Shown one piece after another: positions 40,396-51,879 of a stretch of 64,000 bases of DNA; position 1 is the first letter of the stretch; every line of letters begins with the position of its first letter. The notes under the pieces were generated by a model. It was not told where the DNA came from. It saw only the letters and a program-made list of their open reading frames with translations, and did no database searches. The stretch covers positions 3,286,001 to 3,350,000 of the forward strand of contig NC_089434.1 in the NCBI RefSeq assembly GCF_026210795.1, read 5' to 3'. The translations under genes and the position numbers were made by a program. Origin of the DNA: Rhizophagus irregularis (taxonomy: Eukaryota).

Positions 40396-41937
40396 CTATC
40401 CAACAATAGATGATCGATTACTTTTGACTAGCAAGATATCAATCTCATCCTGCAAACTCTTATAACTAAATGAACGGCTAGTGTAAACGGCTTCTGAATG
40501 AATAGGTTTATTCGGTTTCCATTTCATTTTAATATAAATTCGACAGGCTTTGTGGGCAATTTTCAACTGCTGATGAATTTCACTATCAGAATATTTTATT
40601 AAATCATAATCTGGATCAAAAAATCCTGACTGATAATCTTTAAAAAAATCACCACTAATTTCAATTAGATATTCACTATTTGGATATCCAAAATCATCCC
40701 TTGACCGCCTAAATTTGCACAATCTTTCGATGGATATTAATATTTCACTCGCGGATGGTCGTTTCGAAGGATCAGGATCCCAACACACCTTTATAATATC
40801 ATTGTATACTAGAGGAGAGTAATGGCATGTTTGTGGGCGAAGACCATCGCAGATATCCAATATTAGATTTACATCATGAGAACGGTCCGCAAATGCAATG
40901 ATTCCACAAGCTAACTCCCATAAGAGAATTCCAAGGCTGTAAATATCGCCTGCTTGAGAATATGGATTGCCACGAATTATTTCTGGCGCAATATAGGAAA
41001 TGACCCCATACACTTTGTCTTTTGCTTCTACTGTATCAGTTGGTCGACACATTCCAAAGTCGGAAATGAATGCATTTTCTTCGTTTAGTAAAAGAATGTT
41101 TCCGCTATGGAGATCACCGTGGACCCATCCTTTTGCATGAATTTTTTCAAGTTCAGCACATATGGTTTGGGCTATACCCAACTTATTCGGTAATGTAAGG
41201 TTATCAAAATTTCGCAATAAATATCGTCGAAGATCACCTTGTGGTGCAAAACGCATTATAAACATATATTCTAATGTCGAGGGATCTTGTGTGATCCCGT
41301 ACAAATGACAAAAATCGAACTGGGCTTGAACCTAAATATGTAATAAGAGAAATTACCATCATATATATAATAATTCTAATTTATAGGGAATTTGTACCTC
41401 TAAAAGAAATGTTTGCGTAAATTCCATTTCACCTTTCAGTTTCTTTAGAGCAACTGTACATGGACCAGTTCGATAATGATATACATTTTTTCTCGTCTTA
41501 TCATATTTATCCTCTTCTTCCAGAGATGATTTAATTCCCCAACTCCACATTGCAGAAAACACCGTACCAAATCCACCTTCACCAATCTTCTTTATTTGGG
41601 ACAAAGAGTTGTGTGGAACCCATTCAGGATACCGTTCGTATGGAGAAAAAAGTTGTGTTTCCTGTATGAAGCTATCAATTAGTTCATTCCCACTGGTCCA
41701 ACTCGAAAACTTGCCGTGCAAAACTCGATGAAGACAATTATCGCAAATGTATGGCAAGTTTAAGTCGCATTTAGGACCCAATGATGATTCAAGTTCTGGG
41801 TTTAGACTTTTAAGGTATCTTATTCTCTCTGGATCTAATGTTTTTGGAAATTCATTATCAGACATTCGAAAGTTACACTCTATTTGTGGATTCTTTCCCT
41901 TTAGTTTAAAAAGTTCGAGGACGTGCTGTTTTTCCAT
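40396..41937 (-). CDS. Tyrosine-kinase-like (TKL) protein kinase, 491 aa, 2 exons
   Basis: Exons 41937-41398 and 41331-40396 (66-nt GT-AG intron). Motifs WTSGN..ID.FI, GEGGFG, VALK, HGDLHSGN, DFG, APE, DIYSLG, CWDPDPSKRP. Confidence 0.93.
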
Positions 41938-43844
41938 AGTGGAGTGTTAACAAATACATATTTCAGCCTGCTTGAACGGAATAACTCCATTAAAAAGTGT
42001 ATTTTTCATTGTAAAAAAAAGTCTAAACTGTAGATCAGACCTATAATCATATCAGAATGGATATAATAATTTTTTATACTGCTATAATACTGTACATTTT
42101 ATGTGATATGTTTCAAAATAATTTTAATTCTTTAATGTTCTAAACTTTAAAAAATATTGAAAAAGTCCATAAATTATTGATAATTTAATTAATTTATTTT
42201 TACAAGAGAATCTGGTACTTAAATATCATCAATCAAATATTTTTAAAGACAGAACAATTCAATGTAGAACTTTAACTCATAATTTTAAACAAACCTGCAT
42301 GTCGGAGAATAGGTTATATTGAAAAAAATTAATTTTTTATCCATAGTTTGAAAGAAAATCAAATGAATGTATATGTATTTATAATAGCAATTGCGACTTA
42401 AAATAATTAGTTGTTGACATTTCTACATTTTTTTACCAAAATGAATTATTTTGAAAATAAAGAAAATTAAAAAATAATTTTGAAAAATCTATAAATCTAT
42501 ATATAATCTTAAAATTAATGCATTTAACAAAGGGTATACAATATAATATTTTATTAAAAAAAGGTGTAACGTTAGTCGCCATTTGATCTTTATGAGGTAT
42601 TGAAATATACTACTCATAGGATATTAAAAAAAAATGCTTCTTTGACTATAATAATATATCAATATTTTAAAGTAGTTCTAGAACTAAAAAGTAAAAATCC
42701 TTGATTTCAATGAATATTATTGAATTCTACTGCAATCCTGTATAAAATTTACATCTTTTCATTACGGATCATTGAATTAAAATTATTATTTATTATTTAA
42801 GCGTTGTCTTAAACTATCATTTTTACATATTCACAATTTGAGTATAGCTCAAAGAGGGACAATATCAAATCATTTTAGAAGAAACACAGCCTCCATTAAT
42901 AATTAATATAAATCAGTAATAGTAAACTAAAAAAAAATCAGAGAATTAGTTTAACTTTTAACTTGAATTTCAGATCATGAAATTTTAGTGATATTTTCAC
43001 ATCCATTATCTTCATGATACACTTGGCCACTATCTACCTCCATCAGTTAGCAAATTGAGTTACCTTTTTCTTTTTCTGCTTTAGAATAATGTAATACCAA
43101 TCCATTACAATCGAAAAATCGATTAAAACGAGTCATGATTAGGAATATTCATATTTCAAATTTTGTTATGAAAAAATTTTAAGATATTAAACATATATTT
43201 TCGTTGCATATGCTTAAACAATATCGTAAAATGAAAAAGAGTATTCGAACTAAAGATATAAGTAAAGTTCCGGCTTACCATTAGTTTGAGTATTAAAATG
43301 TTACTCTCCAGCGTAACAAGACATATTTTTAATTAAAAAATAAATATTTTGTTTTTTCTAAAAGAAATTAGACAAATAAGTCAAGTTATTATTTCCTTTA
43401 TAGTTTATCTTTTCACGTCATGTTTGAGATATTTGGGTATCTAAAATAGTTTATAATTATTATAATTATAAGATAAAGGAAAAATATTACAAAAAAAAAA
43501 CTTTTGTTAATAAAGCGTCATGTTAGCATGTGGTCATCCAATGTAAAAATAACCAATAAACTTTCCTGTACATCTAAAGTGAATTCATAATGATCTCTTC
43601 ACGCATAATCCTGCATACGTTAAAGAAGTGTGATGATGATTGACAAAAGCAGATATTTTTATCTAAAATTTTTGATATAAAAGTCCAGCCACTGAAGCGG
43701 TTTTTTCATTTTATTTTGAGCTTATCGCTTCTTTACTTTTTTAATCATTATATTATCAAAAAAAAAAAATGTTTAGATAAAATTTCAAAATTATATTTTA
43801 TAATTATATTTATTTCTTAATAAAATAAGCGAATAAAACTTACC

Positions 43845-44775
43845 AAAAAGAAATGCGTATAGTGCTGCTATTAATCCCCATGCACCACCTATTAAATCCA
43901 GTCCACTTAAGTACTAAATAGAATCGAATTTAATAATTTTTGTTTTTCATAGTAAGAAAAAAGTTCCTCAATATAATAAAAGTACTTACTGTCTTTGATC
44001 TTTTTATTAATTAAATATATAAGTTGTTTTTAGTTTAATAACTGAAATAAAGAATTATTTAATAATGACTATAATATTATTATATATATACAAACCTAAC
44101 TTCTTTATCTACTCGAATGACATTTTTGCTCTTAGGTTTTATATTAAAAGATATTAAACTACCCTCCGTCGATTTATATAACAACGGCCCTCCAACTAAA
44201 GAAAATAAGAATAAATAGTAAATATAATATTATTGGAATTAATAAAATAATATGACTTACCTAAAGTAGATTCAATATTTGATTTCTGTTCATAAGTTGG
44301 AGGGACACCAAAATCGTTCATCCAATTTGGTTTCATTGATTCTCTAATTACACGAGAATATGGAAAATCGTAAAACTACGAAAAAAGACTTGTTAGTAAT
44401 CTCCCATAAATATTTCATGCTTAATATTAAGAAAATTCCAAACACCTGAGCTGGCTTTATTTTATACATATTCAACTCATAAATTGAATCGTCATATGCA
44501 GTCATTTCCTTCAATAATTTATGATATATATCATATTCTATGATAATACAAAAAACTATTAAATATTTATATATGAAATTTCGAATATAAATTTTAATAA
44601 TACCTGAATCAAAAGCAATGATCTTTCCAAGAAACAGTGAAAGAAAGATCACAAACTCAGGAAACGTAAATCCTAATTCCCACCAGCATTTTAATTATAA
44701 GATATTTGTCTGAATGGTAAAAGCCTCAGGACCTTTTGCGCAACAGAATTTATGTCGTCTAATATCTTCTATTAC
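43845..44775 (-). pseudogene. Partial multi-exon membrane-protein gene
   Basis: Spliceable exons ESMKPNWMNDFGVPPTYEQKSNIESTL, GGPLLYKSTEGSLISFNIKPKSKNVIRVDKEV and LSGLDLIGGAWGLIAALYAFLFG (TM-like); ends not intact. Confidence 0.55.
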
Positions 44776-46074
44776 CTAGAATTCAAAATTAATATCCATA
44801 AAACTCTCACAACAAATATTTTAATTTGGTCGAACCGTTTCAATTTTTGCGAATAACAAAATCACTATCATAGTCGACGAATTTAATTATATTAAAATAA
44901 ACCCTCAAGTAGAAAATAGAATAAATTAATTACTAATAATTATATATTTAGCAAAATTTCAATTTTAAATATAATTTGTAATATTAAATTTTAGGTTCTT
45001 TCATAAGTTCTGCCAAGTTGTAAATAAAGCAAAATAAATGTGTAATGTGTAATTTATATATATATATAAATCCAATAATTTACAATAAAAATAAAAAATT
45101 TTTTTTTAATAGTTTATTTTTTGGGATATTTTCACACCCATCATCTTTATCGATGATTTATTTACTTACTTGCCCAATTTCATCAATTTTAATATGGTAA
45201 GATTATTTTATTTTTCCACGCGCATATTTGAACCGCCAAATTTTTTATTTTAACTTAAATTCTCTGGTTTTTTTAGTTTACGAAATGCAACAATCACTAA
45301 TGTATATTAATGGAGATTACGTTTCTTCTAAAATGATTTGATCTGTCGTGATTCAAGTTGCGTTCTATCTATCTTGTCCTATACTCTAATTGTATAAAAA
45401 TGTAATTGAATATGCAAACAATGGCAGTTTAAGTAATAATAGATAATAGTTTTAACTTTTAACTCAATGATTTGGAATGAAAAGTTGAAAATTTTATACA
45501 GGATTGCAGTAGAGCTTAATAATATTCATTGAAGTCAAGGATTTTTGCTTTTTAGTTCTAGATTTAACGCTCTTTACTAATGACTTTAATATTTTGAGAT
45601 ATTATTGTAGTTAGAATTTCATAAAGAAGCATTTTTTTTGATATTCTATGAGTCAAATCAAATAACATATCGTATGACCTATGTTAAATGCATTAATTTA
45701 AGAAAAGCAAACATCCTTTTTTTCATTTATTTCCTATTATTTGAACTAATCACCATAGACTAATTAAACGATACAATAATTTTCTATACTGTTATACATT
45801 TTACATAACAATAGAGTTCACTCGATATATATCAAAATAATTTTAGTCCTTATAATGTTTTTAGAAATATTGAAAAAAAAGTCCATAAATTAACATTGAT
45901 AATTTAATTAAGAATACCATTCTTTTATTTAAATTGATGCCATTCGAGATATTCCAACTGCGGCTTGTCAACTTTAAATATTTATTTATATAATATAATG
46001 AAAATGAATACATAATAAAAATACATAAAAAATACAGATAAGAAATAATAAGAATATAAATTAGATGAAAAAAT

Positions 46075-46635
46075 TTAGTTACTAAAGTTATTAAAATCAA
46101 ATGAATCATTTAAACCAAAAGTATTTTGAGAGTGAGTTTGCGAGTTTTCAGTAACGATATTTGGGGTAGAGTCTTGTGGAAACAAATTTTGTAAATCCAA
46201 ATTAGCTAAATTTACAGAATTAGGTATAACGATGATTTTAAATCCGGGAATACTAAGTCTAAAGATTTCAGAATTATTCGGTTGAGGAGTATTTTGGAAT
46301 TGAATATCATCAAGAGGTGAGTTATACTGCGGCGCGTAATATGATGCAGTGAACGTAGGATCATCGTATTGAGCTGAAGTACCAAGTTGATTATCCATAA
46401 GAGAGGAGGACTCTTCGTAATTGCCAGTTGTGTAAGTTGTCGTATCTGAAGGGTCGCGAGAAATATTAAAGTAATTATTATATGGAACATTTGGAGTATG
46501 TTCCATTTGATTATGTTCCATTTGGTTACGTTCCATTCGAGAATGCTCCATTTGGATCACATTTGTTGGTTGTTGTAAATGATTGTTTCCATCATTAATA
46601 ATTTCAGTAAAATCCAAATCGAATCCATGAGCCAT
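46075..46635 (-). CDS. N/Q-rich family gene, copy 6 (inverted, 186 aa)
   Basis: ORF track and paralogy; 2-codon C-terminal extension. Confidence 0.8.
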   Translation of the reverse strand: MAHGFDLDFTEIINDGNNHLQQPTNVIQMEHSRMERNQMEHNQMEHTPNVPYNNYFNISRDPSDTTTYTTGNYEESSSLMDNQLGTSAQYDDPTFTASYYAPQYNSPLDDIQFQNTPQPNNSEIFRLSIPGFKIIVIPNSVNLANLDLQNLFPQDSTPNIVTENSQTHSQNTFGLNDSFDFNNFSN

Positions 46636-47407
46636 CGTAAAAACTTTTTGCACTATAAAAAAATTTTGAAGTTTATTATTTTTTTCTTCAAAGTGATAAT
46701 TGCACCAAATATGTATATTAGATATGTTATAAAACTATATTTATCTTAAGAGAGAAACTTTTATATTTTTAATGTTCAAAAAATAAGGCCTTTTAAATAG
46801 ATTTTTTTAAAATAATAAAAATATTTTAGTGTAAACCTAATAAAATAATATGTATACCAATAAAAAAGCCACTATACCTACTATACATTAATCGGAAAGT
46901 ATCGATTTAGGTTTAGCGGGTGACACACGTATGGCCCCTATTAAGAAAATTCAATTTTGATAAAACTGATACAAAAAATTTACCCCTATTTGGACAATGA
47001 GTTTTAAAACTTTAAAAATTCACACTGATCTCTTAATAGGAAAAAATACCCTGTAGGCTAATCAATTAAGATTTCGTAATAGAAAAAAAGAAAATTCACA
47101 ATCCATCAATTTTTGCATAATATTCACTTCAATCTATCCAAAATAAGCAAACAAAATTCTGTAATTAGAATTTGTGAATTATGGTACTTTAATATTGATC
47201 GTTTCAAATTTAGAAAATAAAAATATAGTCAACTGAAAAATTAAAAAGGTAAACAATCTCTGAATTTAATGCAAGCAAAAACCACATTTTATTTTTTGTG
47301 AAACAAGAAGGTGCAAGTTATTTTTAAAATTCCTATATAAAGTGTTCAATAATTATGCATTGAAACCGTTACCATTCGTCAGTGATGCACGTGATACATA
47401 AAGGATC

Positions 47408-47955
47408 GCACGTCCGAAATGTGTGACAGGTTACGCCGAAATCGGTGACAATAACAGGTGACAAATAAGGGTTGGACCACTAAAAAAAACTGTCCCTCAG
47501 ATAAATAGTAGCCCTGTTCATTTCCGGTCGGTCGCATTTTTCGGTCAGATTTAAGTTAATTTTGATTGGGCTGATCAGTTTGTACAACGCAACCATTTTC
47601 TGAACTTTTAGCCCAATTTTTTTGGGGGGTTTTTTGGTCGAACGCCAAAAAATAACCAACCAAAATTAGATAATTTCTGTTTACGTGACATTTAAGAAAA
47701 AAATATATATCAATATAAGGAGTTCGAACTAAATTTCAATCTAAAGCAGTTCAATTTGCGATCGAAAATAAAAAAATTTTATTGGATAATTTTTGTACAA
47801 CAAAATCCGACCGAAAAATGCATCCGACCGGAAATGAACAGGGCTAGTGTTTTTGAACCTCGGGCTTGCACGTGATCATGTGACGCTAAATGACGCTAAA
47901 CATCACTCCTTACTCTAATATATTCGGCGTAACCTGTCACACATTCCGGACCGGC
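47408..47955. mobile_element. MULE-type MITE
   Basis: 9-bp TSD TAAAGGATC (47399-47407 and 47956-47964); TIRs GTCCG(A/G)AATGTGTGACAGGTTACGCCGAA. Confidence 0.9.
47510..47845. mobile_element. Nested MITE (PIF/Harbinger/Tourist-like termini)
   Basis: ~40-bp TIRs AGCCCTGTTCATTTCCGGTCGG..GCATTTTTCGGTC; flanked by AGT (or TA if the termini are shifted 1 bp). Confidence 0.85.
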
Positions 47956-50900
47956 TAAAGGATCAACGGATGACATCGATTATCAAAATAACTCATACTC
48001 ATTTCCATGCTTTTTTTTTTTGACTGTACACGTAATCTGTTTTCTTGAAAGAAGGTTAATGTAAAATTATGAAATAGTACATTTTTGGTTTGTCTCACTC
48101 TGATTGCGCTGATTGGCCATAAAAATCAATAAAAAAAAAAGAAAAAAAAAGATCAAAATAAAGAAAATCATGAGTACAACGGATTCACAAAGCCGATATG
48201 TAAGTTTTAAGATTGTAAATTTTCAAAAGAGAAAAAAAGAATGTAATTTATGCAAAGAATAAATTATTCAATCTGACACCAATCGACCATCAATCGGGTA
48301 GATAAATCCGATTCACGAGAACCTATGACTGAATTTGGTCCGCTCTACTCAAGTTTGTTAATATTCTGATAATGTCACCAAGACCAAAATGCTGTGGATT
48401 TTGATAACTCAGCAGTGATATAATAACTTGAACAGTTACATCTCTTCTCTTCAAGAGAGCGTCGTCATGTATACTATGCTGCGCAATGTAATTTATTTTT
48501 AACTGCATTAATTAAATTTTGAATACTTACAATATATTTCGCTTACTTCATCATATTGTAAAATATAATAATGTTGATAAATCCCAGGTCATGCTTTCAG
48601 GATTTCGCCTATTTCGCCAGTTTACTATTTTATTCAATCCGAATAATCATATATTACCCTTAATTGCCACCCACATCACATCACATGTTAAAATCAAATA
48701 GATATGAGCAAAATATATATTTCTTAGACATGATAATTTTGCAGTTGTCAGCACTATAATGTAAATAATAAAAGTAAAAAAAAATAAAATAATACAACAA
48801 TTAAAAAAGAAAAAAAAGTCAGATTGAGAAATCAAGCAGAATTAAAAAGATTGAACGTATTACTACGAAAAAAATAATGTGCTACTAATCAGGTTAACTG
48901 GGGTAGATTGTTCTTTAAAGTAAATTTTCTTGACAAATGATTTCGTCCAGTCGATAATTACAGCACCCACAACAAGTTACATCATCTTTTTCTGCGGCTG
49001 TAACACGGCATTCGAATTTATTCTTCATAAATTACAAAATCTATTAGATTAAATTTGCTAACTTATTCAGATTTATAAAGAGAAATAAAAATGAAATACT
49101 TGCATTTATGGATTTTTCTATTCCTTCACTTGCTCTGTTTGCTCTCTTTTCGTATTTACCAGAAATTCTTTTAACGTGTAGTTGATTTTTTGGTTCAAAA
49201 CGGGCTTATAGCGTCACCCGTGTGAGTTGAGTGAATACCAGCAGTCGTTGGGGTTCTGTGAATTTTGTGAAAACGCTGGGTCCGAACATTCGCGAAACAT
49301 TATGCAGATATATTAATCAAATATTGAAAATTTGGAAAGTTTTTATAAAAAAAAAATCAGAACTTCAGATATATTTATTACGCAACGCAAAGAGTCATTT
49401 GATAATAACTTCCCAGCACGTGACTGTGATCAATTAGTCTGTGCTGCGAAAGGATACGTAAAGAAATCTCTACTGACATATATTATACATATTTATACCG
49501 CAAAGATTTGTTATAAATATGATGAAATAAGTCAGCCATAACCTTGGGTATTCAAAGAATGCGTACTCAGATTCATTTTTTGAAAATATTATAATTTTCG
49601 GATTATATTATTTTTTGGGCGTGCTAAAATTGATATGCCCTAATTTGAGTAAACATAAAAATAATATTAATATCATAGTTAATGTCCATTGACATAAATG
49701 TTATACATTAAATTGCAATGTTGTCAGAATTTCTTTATTAAAAACCCATCTGGTCTATAATCCAAGGGAGAAGTATATTTTGTATTCTTTTAATCGCTTC
49801 ATTCCTGTGATTAGTGAAACTGGCTAATATATATATACTGTATATATATAAAGCAAAAATTTGGGCTTCGCCCAGTTTCACTGGAGTATACGAACAATTA
49901 ATCCGTGCATGTGAGCTCCACTCAGTTTCACTAAATTACTTTCTCTGGTTTCGTAATCATGCCCATGATCTACCGATTCGCCGCAATTGTAACATTTATC
50001 GTTCATTGATAATATTAATACATCTTTTAAATGTAACATTTGCTGCCGGTGAGTAGTCATCATGTTAATGGTGTTATTTTGATGAATCAAATCCTATTAA
50101 TAAATAGTACTACGTGTACATTAAAGAAAAAAAAAATATTATTAATATATATTTGAATCATTTCTTCATAAAATATTATCCGCTCTGTAACCTACGAGTC
50201 TTTCTGATGTAGCCATTGTCATAATACTACAAATTTGGATCATTTCGTATTCTCATAAATATTTACCAACGTAATAAAATTTGATTAATATGATAAAAAT
50301 CCTATTATTATCGTTACTGAATATATAAATACATAATTGTCCAGAGGATATGTACGTTCAACACAAAACCATGTCAATGTTCGTCTGATCATGGCTCTAT
50401 ATAAAGAAAACTCAATTTTTACCATGGAATTCGCTTGCAGGATATGAAGTTTTACCGCGAACTTTTTTCAACGCATCGTTTAGGATGAGGATATGAAGGT
50501 GATTTAGGAAAAAAAGTATCGAGACATCTATTTTAGATATTCATTTATTAACTGTTTATGTTTAATTGCATTTACCAATAGCTTTTTAGATTTTAAATTA
50601 AATTGATTGAGTTTAATAAAATATATAAATATCAAATTAAGTATTATATTCAATTATTTATTTATTTATTTTGTTTCATTCATTGTGTTTCTACTTCATT
50701 TGCGAAGAATCAAAGTTTCAATGATTCTTAAATATAAACATGATTAGTTAAAAATCATGTGATTCTTAAATTTTTTAAAATTAGCCAATCAGAAGTCTTT
50801 CCACCATAAGTCTAATTTTAATATTTATCACATAAATTTGTCCTCTAATTGTTACAATCGCTGCAAACAATAATTATAGCTCCTATTTAAATAATCATAT

Positions 50901-51493
50901 TACTTATTTAATTCATTCCTTTTACCTTTATTAAAAATAAAATGCTTACAATATAATAAAATTTGATAATACAGGTATAGTTTCTTTTTTTTTCAGTAGA
51001 ATAGTAAATTTTAAAACTTATCATCTTATAAGAAAACTCTTTCATATATTTTGAACTTAAAAATAATTATCAAAGAAAAAAGGGCGTAATTAAATTCAAA
51101 CAATAATAAAATTTATACCTAATCGAGCGACTGCGGTGTACCTCATATACTCTTTTATACTATAAATAAATTGAAAGTTTACATAAAGTTTATATCATAG
51201 GTTTAACGAAAGCTTGAGAGAAAGTACAATAATATATATACATAAATATTAATTGCTATTTGTAAAAGAAATAATAAAATAAATTCCATAATCGTTCATT
51301 CATAAAAGGATATATTTTCTTATATAATAAATTTAAAATGGACATCATGTATATTATAGTAACAGGAGAAAAAATAACTTATTCGTGTTAAAAAGTTTTA
51401 CAATCAAATGAAATTCTAAATTATGATCAATCACGTGAATTTCTCTGTCCTCACATGACTTCATCCAATAAAATCGCAAATTTTTTACAAGGT

Positions 51494-51760
51494 TTAAAAG
51501 GTAGACCCATTAAAAAATTGATTTGTGAATGGATCATTCGAAATTTGTGTTGGTAATCGTATAAATCGATTTGGTATAAGTGTTTTATATCTAAAATGTT
51601 GATATCGACGTCTCCGAATAATACGAGCGACGTAAGACGATGAGACGATAGTAGGATAGTATAAACGAGTTGAAGTATCAGGTTGATTATCCCGAGAATT
51701 GTTTAAAACATCTGACGAAATATGATCCATTTGGGCTTGTAAATGATTATCGTAAAAAAT
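51494..51760 (-). pseudogene. Divergent relative of the N/Q-rich family
   Basis: NHLQAQMDHISS...SRDNQPDTSTRLYYPT...SY aligns with NHLQ..QMEHTS...SRD...DNQLGTSTQYYHPT..SY. Confidence 0.5.
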
Positions 51761-51879
51761 ATAGGAAATAAATTTAGAAATATAATAGGTAACTTTTAAG
51801 AAAGCTGAATTATTATAGTTATTATTTTTTGTAAGCAACACTTAATAAGTATATCCACATGTCTTAATAAGCGTATCTC

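Noticed and set aside
41747..41950. 67-aa plus-strand ORF
   Set aside because: Antisense shadow of kinase exon 1.
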